NCBI GenBank assembly: GCA_964016885.1
Contig: OZ024743.1
Location: 230,330,001 to 230,394,000 of the forward strand
DNA from: Eledone cirrhosa
Lineage: Eukaryota
Length of the DNA stretch: 64,000 bases
Reading direction: 5' to 3'
Numbering within the stretch: position 1 is the first letter of the stretch; each line of letters begins with the position of its first letter. A program made the translations under genes and the position numbers. Positions 26,060 to 40,339 of the stretch are shown here, in pieces. A model generated the notes under the pieces. The model worked only from the letters and a program-made list of their open reading frames with translations, searched no databases and was not told where the DNA came from.

Positions 26060-27970
26060 AAAGGTGACGGGGTTGCCTAAACACTGTACGGCGTAATTCA
26101 GCCTTGATGTAGTCGATCTCTACACCTCGGTCCCGGCACTCCCGGCTGTCAATATACTGATGGAACGCGTCCAATCCACCGACCTACACTGCTTCGGGCT
26201 CACCACCACTGACATCCACCAACTCCTATCCATCGTCATCGACAACACCTACTTCGGATTCCTTGACCAAACATACCAACAAACCTAGGGATTGCCCATG
26301 GGATCAAGCCTATCAGGTGTGCTAGGGATCTCTTACATGGACAACCTCGAACGCAAGGCACTCAACGCCTGCCACCCCAAGGCCGTAGCCTTTTTCTCAA
26401 GGTACGTGGACGATATCCTCATCCTCACATCTTCCCAAGACACGGCGAACAGAATCCATGAGACGTTCAACAGCACGGACGAGAACATTGACTTCAGTGT
26501 TGAACACCCCAACGAAGACGGGTCACTTGCCCTCCTCGACTTCCAAATCAACATCAAGGAATATGGAAGGATCCACTGCAACTTCTACCGAAAGGCAGCC
26601 TGCAGGGACCTGTTCGTTCACTACAAGTCCGCCCTCCCTAACAGTGCCAAAAGAAGATACATCACGAACGAGATCGCGCGAATCAAAAACAGATGCAGCG
26701 ATCCCGCGAGTGGTGTCACTCATACCAAGCTATTCCTCGAGGTGCTGAAGACGAACGGGTACGCTACCTCGATCACAAACAGAATAGGAGACACCAGACA
26801 CAAGAGACAGAGAGGCACCCACGGCAAGTGCTTCCTTAAAATGCCACACCTGGGCTAGAATACCACCAACGCTATCTGCAAGGCTATATGGAGGGAGGGC
26901 CTCGACATCCACTTGGCCCACTCGGGCCCCTCCCTGCTAAGATGCCTCTCCAGGAAACCCGGGTAATCTACTGACGCATGCTCCCTCAGAGATTGCCCGA
27001 TACGCCATGCGAACTGTTGCCTACGCACATACGTCGTGTATAAGATATAATGTGACAGGTGCAACCAATACTACATAGGTAGCACGATCCGACCTTTGCA
27101 CATCCGGATCAAGGAACACACTAAAAACAGGGCCTTGTCTTTCCGGAAACACATAGACAAATGCGGAAACAAAGACGGAAGGCCCATTGTCACAATTCTA
27201 GCGACTGAAAGAAACGTCGGCACGTTACGTATCAAGGAAGCGCTTTTTATCAAACGCCTGCAACCGCAAATAAACAACCGATCAGAGAGAAGCGAAATGA
27301 GATGGCTGGTTTAAGTTAACAAACGATGCAGCAACGCACAACACACGCACACACACACACAAACGAGACAACTACGCACACACACGCACACACACACAGT
27401 AGCATTCCACCATACGAACATACTACACTGCCAATACAGAGGAACAAGGCAACTACACACGCACACACACACACACTCAAGCGAGACAACAACACACGCA
27501 CACACACACACAGTAACATTTAACAAACAGTCAGAGAATGGACTGACAGCTAGCGCCACCCCACTCCCTCATTCGGCCGCTGACCTCTGCCCGACCGACC
27601 CCATTTCACGCGCACGCGCGCTCTGCCGAATACCTCAGATATTCAAAACAACAAACAGCGGAGGACGCGTTTCGCACCTGTCCGACAGACAACCTTTCCC
27701 CCACCCCGGAAAAAACCCCAGTTGTTGGATGTGAATCCGAAATATATAGGGACAATTAAATCTCTCCCAAGGTAACTCTCTCTTGTGTTGTTATTTTAAT
27801 TTTATCCTTTATATACTTCCCTTCATTCTTCTACACATCTTACACATCTTATACACACCACGCATCTCAACGTACACCCACTTACATCTCTCTCTCCACC
27901 ACCGGATCTTGTTACCCGGAGATTTACCCATTTGCATTGTCGAGGCTTCCAAACGACTTAAAGATATTTA
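26060..27970 (+). mobile_element. Penelope-like element, 5'-truncated (RT + GIY-YIG, long 3'UTR/pLTR)
   Basis: FSLDVVDLYTSVP; GLPMGSSLS; RYVDDIL; LALLDFQI..FYRK; CSLRDCPI..CCLRTYVVYKI*CDRC.QYYIGSTIRPLHIRIKEH; LRIKEALFIKRLQPQIN. Only scattered in-frame TAG/TAA stops; ends in (TA)n. Confidence 0.92.
27716..27751 (+). ncRNA. Degenerate hammerhead relic in the PLE 3'UTR
   Basis: ccc-CAGTTGT-tggatgtgaatcc-GAAA-tata-TA-ggg. Stems I-III are intact but the core is mutated. Confidence 0.45.
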
Positions 27971-28269
27971 CTTATATATATATATATATATATATATACA
28001 GATACATTGTACGTTGCTTTAAACCGTCTTTTTTATTCAAAAGACTTCTTGCCAATAAACATTAACCCTCTGTGCGTCATTCATCTAACTGTAGACCAAC
28101 AAATACCAAAAAACGATGGCGAATAAGCAGTTCGAAATAAGCAGTTTCCTCCCGAGCTGTTAGTTCACGCGGGATTCTCTGCTACTTCTTTTCGTAATAA
28201 TACCGAATAACGTACTGCTGGACACTCCTTCCTCCAAAAGCCGTACAAAACATCTCTCTCTCTAAATTA

Positions 28270-28500
28270 AAAAAAATAATCTGTGAACGCAGAAGTAAAT
28301 ATTTCGAGAAACGTTGCAACCGAAGGAAAACAGGAAGACAATATATTAGTTCGTTAAGACGCTCACTGGTAATGAGCGGAAAAAAAGCGAGGATAATACG
28401 TCGTTATGTGGACTGAGAAGAACAATTTCATGCAAAGACAAGACCAAGTTTATGGTATAAATGGAGTCGATAGACTAATATTCTATTTAAAATAACCGAA
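28270..28500 (-). mobile_element. Diverged family H2 fragment
   Basis: Reverse complement resembles 21850-22050 (e.g. aatctgtgaacgcagaagt, aaacgttgcaaccg). Confidence 0.65.
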
Positions 28501-29044
28501 TGATTTCCAGCCCCGGAGTTTAAGAATGATGTAAATAAAATTGAAAACGAAAATGACAGAGGTTATTAAAATAGTAAAATAAATAGTGAAGATTTAGGCC
28601 AGTACATATGTATGCGCCGACGGACATACATATACATACGCACACACAAATACATACACACACATAAACACACACACACATACACACACATGCACGCACG
28701 CACGCAAGCACGTGCGTGTGTGTGTAAGCCTTATGCATTTCTACAGTATTTTCACCAAACTTAAGACATAGGTTACTCGCTCGCTGTTTCAAAACATACT
28801 TACTTGGCATATATATATATATATATATATATATTTCGTTTCTGAACTTGTTTAGCAAGATTCTTTATCTGAAAACGTGTGTTGAAACAGATATTGTTAT
28901 ACTTTGGGAGGGTCATGTTGCCAATAAGAAGCACACGCACCAGTTGCTTTCACTTCAATTTATTATAATAAATTTATAAATTTAGGAATTTATAAATTTC
29001 CGGTTGGTTGGTTGGTTCCACAACCAGATGGTTGTGTATATATT

Positions 29045-29087
29045 GTCAAAGTTCTTTCGTCACACATTCTGTGACCTCTTCAGTGAC
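29045..29087 (-). ncRNA. Type I hammerhead ribozyme motif in the PLE 3' repeat
   Basis: Minus strand: gtca-CTGAAGA-ggtcacagaatgtgtgac-GAAA-gaac-TT-tgac. Confidence 0.8.
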
Positions 29088-32000
29088 TGTGGGTTCTTTT
29101 CTTTGTTTTTCTGCCTCTCCTTTGTTCTGTCCTACGCCATCTTGTTTTTGTGTGTGTGTTGTGTGCTTAGTTTGCGCATGTGTTACATCCGGGTGTCTGT
29201 GTGTGTTTATATTCGTTTATTTATTTGTTTATTTACATGTTACTGGTTGGTTGTTTGTTCTATGTGCGTGTGTGTTTTCATTTTGTCCTTAATTGATTGT
29301 AAGTTGTGATGTTGCTGTTCCACTCATGTTTTCTATTTAACTTTGGTTGTAATTCATTTATGTTTATTGCCTCTGTGATTTGTCTACACATTGCGTCTTT
29401 TCTGTGTGTAGATTCTATTTTTATTTCTGTTCTCTAATTTACCCTTATGTTCTATTTTAACATGTTGGTAGAGTACAGATGATTCTTTACTATCTTGATG
29501 GTCTCGCCAGTGTTCATTTATCCGTTCCCCTATACTACGAGCTGCCTCATCTATGTACATTATATTTTTATCTCTACATTGTCCTTCAGTACATCTTATG
29601 CTACATCTCTAGTTTTACAGTTAATATGTTTGCTTAATTTACAGATTATACATTTCTTATCTATACAGGGAGGTATTTGAAATGGGTATGTCTTGCTAAT
29701 AAGTGTTTTTATGGAGGTACCTGGTCTTTCTACTATCTTAATATTGAGTTTATGTTTATCTAGGGCCCTTCTAAATTTGTAAGCTAATTCACCTCTAGGG
29801 GCTGTATCGATGAACATTACACCAAGGTATTTATTGCTATCATACCATGAGTTTATTCTATTAGCTTTATTCCTAGTTCTTTCTATTCTATTCCAGAATT
29901 TGCTCCTGTACAAGGGGCAGGTCCCATTTGTGTCACTATTTACCATTTTTTCCTATTTGTTTCTGGCTCCTCTATACACTCTGATTTTATCTCTCTGATT
30001 GTAACCAGAGAACTGCATACGGTGGATGAAGTGTTGTATGTGTCTCTCTAGTTCTTCGGGGTTGCACATGCAGGACATGTTTCTCATCACCCGTACCAAA
30101 TCCGCAATCAGTATGTTGATTTTGGTATGGTCCGAAACAGCAGAGTTTCGGTGAATCAGATATTTGGAAGTCATGGGTTTGGCATAATGGGAATGGAGGA
30201 TTTGTTTTTTGTTATTAATGGTATCTAACCAGAGCTCTGTGCCTAGTACAGGTAATCGATGGTTGGGGTGTTTGCTTGGATAGTCTATAGTAAATCTAAT
30301 ACTCTGGTGGATGGAGTTAGCTATTTGCTGGATGCGTTCCATTGTGTTTTCTCTAATTCCTGACTGTTCTTTAGTGGGGGTGTTTTAACTACGATGTTTA
30401 TATCATCAACGTAGCGGGAGTACATTATCAGGGTTAAGGGGTCTTCTAATTGTTCTTTAAGTTTAAGTTTAAGTCTACTGTCCCACCATACCATGAATAA
30501 GTTAGCTATGTCGCCTGCAATGCTAACACCAATGGCTGCTCCCTCCTCTTGGGCATATGTTTTTCCATTAAATTTGAACATATGTTCCTTAAGGGTTATT
30601 TTTTTATGCTGGCCCGCACTGCATGTGAAATCATTTTCTTTAGTTCATCGTGGTTTTCGGAGGTTCGTATGGCTCTAGTCCACCCGTTCCATCTATCTGT
30701 GTGGGTTTTCTTGGCCATTGAGGTAATGGTAGGTAGTCTGCCTCTTGCTCGTCTTGTAGGGCACAGGTTGCTAAGGTCATATGTGTCTAGATAATTATTA
30801 CTATAGTTAAGTTTAAGTAGGAGTCCCAGCTCACTGGTATCAATCCCACAGAATTCAACATTGCACTCACTGATCATTTCTACGCATTTCTCCATAGCAA
30901 AATCCACGTCAATAGATAGATACAGGGACACAACATCCATACTATCTATTATGCAGTTTATTAGGTCCCTACATCGGTTACCCTCGCCGATTCTGCTGAG
31001 GAGGTCCTCCGTGCTGTTACATACATCTGGGGACATTTCAGTGATGGGGCGTATGATTAGGGAGAGGAAGTAGGACAGTCTGTAGTTACTAGCAATCTTA
31101 GCTCCACAGACTGGCCGTGTTGGTGGTCCCGTGACAGGGACACTGCTCGTTTCATGGTCTTTTCGAAGCACATACAACGCTGGCACGTCATTGTTCCAGG
31201 CATGGAAGTTGTTGGCAGTTCTTTTGTTGGGCTGCATTATATTTGTCCACATCACCATATTGGCATTGAGGGCTTTTTCTCTATCCCCATGCTCTTGTGG
31301 TGTTACTTCTCTTGTGTTAGTGATGTGGGGTTGCATTGCCAGGATGTAGTTTGGCAGACTGTCAACCGACATTCTGCCAGACTTGTCTGTTGGAAAGCAT
31401 GCTACCTCTCCATTACGCGAGCGCTGCATGAGCTTACGCAAGCCATTTCCAAATTTTTCTCCCAGTTGCTGGGCCTCCATTCTATTATGCTTCTTGCTAT
31501 ACTGTTCTATAATATTTCTAAGTTTAGATCTAGCTATACTAAATTGTGCTTCTGTTTGTTCATCGACCTGCGACGGCAATTGCGTGCGTTTGTTAAAAGC
31601 TAAAGTCGTGGCGTGAACTCGTCGCAGGTCGAACAACTTATCGGAGGGATTATAAAAGTAGAGTTCCAGGCTGCTGCTTTATGTGTACTAGTGCTATTGT
31701 TATTGTTAGTTGTGTTGTTTCTATTTCTATTTCCACTAACAGCCTCATGGTTGTTTCTATGTCTCTCATTATTACTCCTGTCTCTTTCATCTGGCTCATT
31801 GTTATTATCTACTCTATTTTGTGTGACTGTGTGTTCGTCTTGGTTATTTTCTCTGTCCATAGTCTCTCTTCTCCTTTCAATCCTATTACCTTCCCTTATT
31901 TCTGTGCTACTGTCATTATCTGTTTTCTGTGTCTGTGTGTTTGTTAAGATTGTGGTGGTGGTGAGAGGCATTGAATGTGTGTCTGTTGTTGTTGTTGTTG

Positions 32001-33124
32001 TTGTTGATGTGTGCTGTTGTTGATGTGTGTTGTTATTGTTGTCTCCGTGTATGTTATTATTGTTGTTTGTGTTGTTATTGTTGTTTGTGTCTGCGTGTCT
32101 GTTGTTGTTGTTTCTGAGTATGTTATTATTGTTGATGTGTGTGTTGTTGTTATTGTTGTTTGTGTCTGTGTGTCTGTTATTGTTGGGATGTGTGTTGTAT
32201 ATGTGTGTGCGTAGTTGTTACTTTTGCTTTCGTTTTTGTTTTTGAGGCTCCAACGTAATTTTGTAAATGATTTTTCTATTTCTGACAAGCATCTAATCAT
32301 ATTTACCTTATTGAAAGTGGCAGACTTAGGCGGCAGTTGTAATACAGATAATTCATCAGAGTCGACCGTAGTCTTGCCGTATATATTTGTGTTGTTGTTG
32401 TTGAATTCATCTGTTAATGAGATGTCGGCCATGTTTATACCGTCAATTTTGTCGGGATATCCATTGATTTAGTTTTATCTGTATAAGCCACTTTAATTTC
32501 TTGTTAAAGTGCTTGTCACATTCTTGAACAATGTACTGTTCTTCAGGACGTATAAGGTTTATAAATATTAGTTTTTCTCTTGGTGTGGTGATCTTAGTTA
32601 TTTCTTGTATTATGTTACGCTTATGTTTTTCTTGATGACTTAATTCTCTATAAATCTTCTTTTTTATGTTTAGAATTAATGTTCGTTTTAGCCTATCTGC
32701 TTGCTTTTTGGTGAGCTGGAATCTTCTTACATCGGTGTTGATGGTGTTGGTGTAAACTCGGGACGAGGTACATTCTTTTATGAAGTGTAGTTGTCGAGAT
32801 GTTATTGTTTTTCGTAGACAACAGAGGCAATGTTTAGACAAATCACAGAGGCAATAAACATAAATGAATTACAACCAAAATTAAATAGAAAAGATGAGTG
32901 GAACAGCAACATCGCAACTTACAATTAAGGACAAAATGAAAACACATAGAACAAACAACTAACCAGTAACATGTAAATAAACAAATAAATAAACGAATAT
33001 AAACACACACAGACACCCGGATGTAACACATGCGCAAACTAAGCACACAAAACACACACACAAAAACAAGATGGCGTAGGACAGAACAAAGGAGAGGCAC
33101 AAAAAACAAAGAAAAGAACCCCCA

Positions 33125-33167
33125 GTCACTGAAGAGGTCACCGAATGTATGACGAAAGAACTTTGAC
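33125..33167 (+). ncRNA. Type I hammerhead ribozyme motif in the inverted PLE repeat
   Basis: gtca-CTGAAGA-ggtcaccgaatgtatgac-GAAA-gaac-TT-tgac. Confidence 0.8.
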
Positions 33168-33330
33168 AATATATAAACAACCATCTGGTTGTGGAACCAA
33201 CCAACCGGAAATTTATAAATTCCTAAATTTATAAATTTATTATAATAAATTGAAGTGAAAGCAACTGGTGCGTGTGTTTCTTATTGGCAACATGACCCTC
33301 CCAAAGTATAACAATATATATATATATATG

Positions 33331-34252
<922 letters not shown>

Positions 34253-34307
34253 TATATATATATATATAATATATATATATATATATAATATATATATATA
34301 TATACAC

Positions 34308-34388
<81 letters not shown>

Positions 34389-35639
34389 ATGTGTCTCTTC
34401 TGGGTTCGTATTTGGTAATTACACTGTGCTTCATGATTGTAAAACATTAAATATTTCCATCATTAAATTTGTTTAAACTATTCCATAAATCACCAATCCT
34501 GGCGACTCTGTATAATTTGTCAACAATAAAAACTAATCAAATAAATAAGTAAGCAAAAAAGTCACAAAGAAGAAAATATAGAACATATAGGCAATAATAA
34601 AAGCAATAAATTATATTCAACTTATTCTGGATTATTCTTTATTCGTTTTATATATAATCCGTGTAACCTTTGTACATTCAGACAGTTTTGTTTTTTTTGC
34701 AATTTTAGGTAAGGAATCGAAAGTTCAGTTTTAGGCAAGAACCAACCTTTCTCCCTTACGTGTTTTCTTTTCCATCTTTCTTTGCTTTTTTCTTTCTTTC
34801 TTTCCTTCTTTTTCTTTCCTTCTTTCTTTCAACTTTCATTTTTCTTTCTTTCATTTCCTATTTCTTTCTTTCTTTCTTTCCTTCTTGCTTTCCGTTTTTC
34901 TGTCTGCCACTCTCCACCTCCCTCCCATCTTCTTTTCATACATTTGCCTGGTAATTGAAGTTTTTTGTTTCAAAACAATGTCAAAGGATGAATGGTTACA
35001 AGCATTTATGTAGTCACTTGACCTGCTAGAAACAACGGTACAAGCAGTATGTAGAATAAGCTAAAACAACCAAGCCACATTAGATTTAAAAACATTTGAA
35101 TATTGATATCAAAGTTTCATTTAAAACCGTTGTTGTGTATCTTATAGCAAGATGTTTTAAAGCACAGCAGAGCAAGCAGATTTACCCTACAAGCGACAGA
35201 AATAGTTTGTTCAGTATTGTTCCAACAACATATAAAAGCGGTTTCTTTAGTTAATTCTGAATTGTTATTTCCAGCCATCAACATCACAGATCTCCACCCA
35301 AGCTTCATGATCTTTTTAGAACCTTTTTATGTTTTTTTATTGTTTATGTTAGTTGTTTTATTTATGACGATTTTCCTTGTACATACATCAACATTTAACT
35401 CCTATATTCGTTTCTATTTCATCACTCGTGTTTTGGTTTGTTTCTTCCTCCCACATTCTTCTTGGTCTTTTGAAGTGTACCTACCTCCATACATACACAA
35501 ATACGTTCATATATATAAACATACATACATATATATATATTTACAAACACACGTACATACATACATACATAAATACATGGTGGCTGCCAACTCGTTTTCG
35601 AGTACGGCCACTACTTTATATCCATGTAGGAGAACCCCT

Positions 35640-36025
35640 ACCGATGCGCTGAACGAGTGTGACTTTTTAGTCCAGCCAGCGACTTGAAAACTCTGGTACA
35701 AACACTACACTTGTGACAATTATTGACACATAGTGCTGGGCCCATGGTACCCTGTGACGACAAGTGCAGAGAGATCTCCAGATATAAAGCAATGCCTGTG
35801 CCGTGAAGCTTTTATAGTGAGCAAAGGCACTGCACAAAGCCAGTCCCACTCTCTTAACCAAGATGATATTTACCAAAAAGAAGAACAAGTCAACATCATT
35901 GGATACCATCAGGGTTGCAGGTGTTATATCAGAGTTTTTCTTCTCCTAGAATTCTGCCTTGACAAAGGCTAAGGGGTCATCTCTCCCGGTGATTTTGGAT
36001 GGCCATTGACTCTTAAGAGCTCCTT
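35640..36025 (+). pseudogene. Possible pogo/Tigger-type DDE transposase relic
   Basis: Plus frame ..KMIFTKK..SEFFFS*..PVILDGH resembles the DDE_1 motifs PMIIFKGK / SELFF / LILDGH; many stops. Confidence 0.3.
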
Positions 36026-36085
36026 TGCCCTTTGACATAAATACATACATACATATATACATACATATATACATGCATACATATG

Positions 36086-36124
<39 letters not shown>

Positions 36125-36443
36125 ACATACGACGTTTATATGGTCAGTAGGTTTTCAAACTATTTCAATACTCAAGACAAACTGATAAAAGTTATAAATT
36201 ATATATATATATATATAGGTGTGTGGGCGTGCGTATTGTGTTTGTATTGGTGTAATAATAATATATATATATATATATATATAAAAGAAATAGGATTTCG
36301 CTTCAAGTATAGCTTTATGCAATATGTATAAATATTTCGTATCTCCAAAGAAATACGGTTTTAGGAAGCCGTAGCTATGCAAACACAGAGGGGGGGGGGG
36401 GGGCTAACGCCCTCTAATGATGTCTAGCAGAAGCAAGGGTATA

Positions 36444-36487
36444 ACCGTCTATCCATTTCAGGTTTAACCGGCCTTCGTCAGGACGGT
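36444..36487 (-). ncRNA. Type I hammerhead ribozyme motif
   Basis: Minus strand: accgtc-CTGACGA-aggccggttaaacct-GAAA-tgga-TA-gacggt; perfect 6-bp stem I. Confidence 0.8.
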
Positions 36488-37044
36488 CCCTGCCACCGCT
36501 TGCGACTGCTGGACTAGAAGACAGGCGAGAATATATACTTTTCTCGTCTTTGTAAATGAGGTGATTAATCTCATTTGCATATGAAGCTGCATAAGTTGGC
36601 TCCTCGAAGTATTTCTCTGCCAATTCGTTTGTTTATGCACACTGTACTGTTACGTTTCGTTTCTTTCTTTAAACAGATTGTACCGGAATCCATCTTAATT
36701 TGATTGATTCCACCGCAAAGATCCTAGACTTCATTCGCTTAACGAATGACGAGGAACTTGTTAAATTGTACCAAGGAAACAATATTGTTTTTTCCAATGT
36801 TGATACTATTAACCTGTCGTAACTCCTGGCAGAAAAACACAACGTGAAATAAAGAGTCTTGCTAAAGGAAATAACAGGTCACCCAATCCAGGAATCAAAT
36901 TTGCATTCTTCCGATTGCGAATCGAATTCTCTAACCACTAAGAAACGCGCATCATAATTAATATAATGAAAACCAATGAGAACATAGGATGTGCATTACA
37001 TGATTTTGCGTAGGAGATTACTTCTGTAATGTGGGTAAATCATG

Positions 37045-37075
<31 letters not shown>

Positions 37076-37801
37076 CTCCGCGTAAATGCATAAGATCAAG
37101 ACGACTATTTAAACATCAATGGATCTCTCACCCACCTTCTACTGAATAGACAGATGAAGTCGTCACGTGCGTCACTCAGTCTGCCTTAGATAAACACCGA
37201 TTGGACACCCTCTACAGAAACATATCGCCTCTGCCCTAACCTCTAGTTCTGTCAATAGAATCAGAAAAGAAATGAAACATGGAATCTTGTTTGATTTTCT
37301 TTCTTTTTTTTTTCTCTTTTGGTTTGTTTGTCATTCTGTTACCTCTCGCCTTTCACACATTTATATTTTGTCGTTTTTCTTGTTCCCATTTCTATAATTG
37401 TAGAGATTTTACTCGTCTAAAATGCCTCTCATTCATTTCATCTACCTCCCCTATACGACACTGTCACCCTATTTCTTACTATGTTCTCTTTGTTCGAATT
37501 TCTCATCACTTCTCATCATGTTTGTAGGATTGGCAGAATCGTTATTACCTCGGACACGATACGATTGCAGTATTTAGTTACGACATTTTACGTTCTGTGT
37601 TCGAATCTCAACAAGGTCAAATCTACTATTCATCCATCTAGTTATCGAAACAATAGTGTTCCCATGAAGTACTGGAGTCCATGCTATCGTATTGTCTTAC
37701 CTGCTTTAGAAAACTTTAATATTTCTATATGAATTAAAAGTGATTGATAGCTGAAACAGTACGGTTCCAGAAAGCATTAATTTGCTGCATGTGGCCACAT
37801 A

Positions 37802-37877
<76 letters not shown>

Positions 37878-37884
<7 letters not shown>

Positions 37885-38070
37885 ATATTAAATAAATGGA
37901 ACTATATTTATAAAACCATATTTATTTGATTATATATATTTCAAGGGTACCAAAACACATTGGTAAGCTTTCCTCAGATAAAATACAGAAGTTTGTTTTA
38001 TAAATAGAGACATACCCATGAAAATCATACCTTATCGGTTGGATATTCTCTGGATAGTGGAAATATATTA
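37878..38070 (-). mobile_element. Family H1 pLTR-like fragment (probably extends into the AT-rich region to ~39300)
   Basis: Same leader as 25441; begins at (TA)n. Confidence 0.65.
37923..37985 (-). ncRNA. Type I hammerhead ribozyme motif
   Basis: Minus strand: tattttat-CTGAGGA-aagcttaccaa...ttggtaccctt-GAAA-tatata-TA-atcaaata. Confidence 0.75.
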
Positions 38071-39356
38071 GGGATTTTTCAAACTTATGGGTGAATATGC
38101 AAATGAATATGTAAATAATTGAAAAGAAACCGTTTATTTAAACGACTATGGAGAGAGAGAGAGAGAAGAAAGAAGAGGAGAAGGATAAAATAGTGCGAGG
38201 GAGAGAGAAGAAAGAAAAAAGGTAAGATGAATAAAAACTCATATAACGTTAATTTGAGGGAAATATATTGTAAGTATATATCTTGATAGTACGTGTATTA
38301 CGATTATTAGTTGTTTAAAATATGTTTATAATATAATATTTTTCTTCTGGTATGAGTAGATAAATAAATAAATAAATAATAAATGTCAGTATATCATGTT
38401 ATAGATAAATAATATCATGTTATAAATAAATAATAAATGGGTATATCATGTTATAGATAATTGTTCTAATTAGTTATGAGGGATATTGGTTTTGTATTTT
38501 ATGTAAACAAATACTAAGTTAAATTAAATTAAATTAACTGAGTTAATTTAAGAAGAACATTTTTTTTTTTTTATAATTAATAAGTAATTTTTTTTAAAAA
38601 TTAAGGAAATAAACATTATTAACTTTTAAATTAATAAAAAATTAGAATTATATACGTATATATTTTATGAAACTTTAAGAAGTGGAATTACAGCAAATGT
38701 TATAGATATTATGATTTATAGATATCAATATATTAAAACCAAGTGGATGAGATTGTTATGGAAATTAGTAGGAATATTATAAGTTTAATTATAAGTTATA
38801 TATAGTTCTGAATGTTGAAATCTGGCGATGTCTACAAGAATTAAATAAATTCGTTCTTAGATTAATAGAGTTTTTACATTTAAGTATGTAAAAAATTTCC
38901 TCAAAGTAACAATTTCCAGAATCTAGATAAAGCTGTGATTCGGTACGCGGGTGCTTTTGAAACTGTTTGCCAAGCTAATGAATAGTCCATATACTTGCAT
39001 TTTAAGTTCTATATCAGGTTTGAAAGAGAAGTTGAAGATTTTTTATTAAATCTTCGGAAGGTACAATTGTGGTTATTCCAGCGACTTTTATCGGACGCTT
39101 TAGATTCAAAATCGAAGGACCACAAACAAACCATGTATACAACATTATGCACTTATTGAAGATAGCAACGACATTATCAAGGGTAATTATAAATTTCGCG
39201 CATTGTAGATGCACCATCTGTTAGAGCATTCGCAGTTCCAGTACACATGGACAGTAAATCCGAACTATATTACATCGTCTTCAACAGGCCTGTGTCCAAG
39301 TGATCGTATGGTAGGAATAAAAAAAATATATTCATATATACATATATGTATGTATG

Positions 39357-39396
<40 letters not shown>

Positions 39397-39428
39397 TACA
39401 TATATATATATACATATATACAAACATG

Positions 39429-39514
<86 letters not shown>

Positions 39515-39743
39515 GGTGTACATGCGTACGTGTGTTGCAGAGTAACCAATTAATTAAACCACATGATACTACAACAAGCTTTGCAATTTATCCCAAATGA
39601 AAGATGTCTCCATAGCTACAGAATGATTACGTTATCACAGACCTTCAGATTTTCCGTCAATTTGGGTAAATGTCGCGTATATGAATCCGCATGCAATCAT
39701 ACACTCACTTACATTATATATAATAGGTAGATAGATAGATTTA

Positions 39744-39801
<58 letters not shown>

Positions 39802-39926
39802 TAAATCTATCTACCTATTATTTCTCTCTCTCTCGTTATATATATATATATATATATATAGTATATGTATATATATACATATATAAATCTAACTATCTAT
39901 CTACCTATTCTTTCTATCTCTCTCGT

Positions 39927-39960
<34 letters not shown>

Positions 39961-40339
39961 CGTGTGTATTTGCGTATTTATGATGGGAATATATGTGTAG
40001 GTGTGTGCGATCAACCATCGACGCTTATTTATATGACCTAACCTACAACTCTTTTATATTCTTTATTCTTGTATATCAAATTCATTCATACACAGCTGGA
40101 ATAAGCTAGTTCGTAACCTGTTGCATACATATTTGTTTCTACTTTTGGCACAAGGCCAGAATTATATATTATTATGAATGTAAACTAACGCCTTATTTTG
40201 ACTAAAGAAATTATTTAGCCTGATAGTGGGGTTAAGAACTCTCGGAGAAATGGAAAAAGATGAGTATTGACGTACATATACATATGTATGTACACACTAA
40301 TGGATATGACCGTTAGCTTTTCGGCGCTATATATATATA

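Larger units (their letters stand above)
28834..33317 (-). mobile_element. Near full-length Penelope-like element with ~500-bp inverted terminal repeats (28891-29394 / 32827-33317)
   Basis: N-terminus RQLHFIKEC; TDKSGR; PTRPVCG; SMDVVSLY; GAAIG; RYVDDI; RLPVL..HYAKP; CIDKKCIIC..NCKTRDV; GIY-YIG YIDEAARSIGERINEH. The right end is an inverted copy of the 3' end. Flanked by (TA)n. Confidence 0.92.

Noticed and set aside
26900-27320. Selenocysteine recoding as reported for some Naiad PLEs
   Set aside because: The Zn-finger cysteines are TGC/TGT and the internal stops are TAG/TAA, not TGA. The cysteines of the 29.6-kb element are likewise ordinary Cys codons.
27660-27700. Antisense GAAACGCGTC hammerhead half
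   Set aside because: The upstream core (CTGTCGG) and stem I do not fit.
28866-28903. CTGAAAA...GAAAC hammerhead-like string
   Set aside because: G8 is missing, there is no stem II, and it is antisense to the element.
38940-39310. Possible GIY-YIG or other coding remnant upstream of the 37.9-kb hammerhead
   Set aside because: No convincing motif in any frame by eye.
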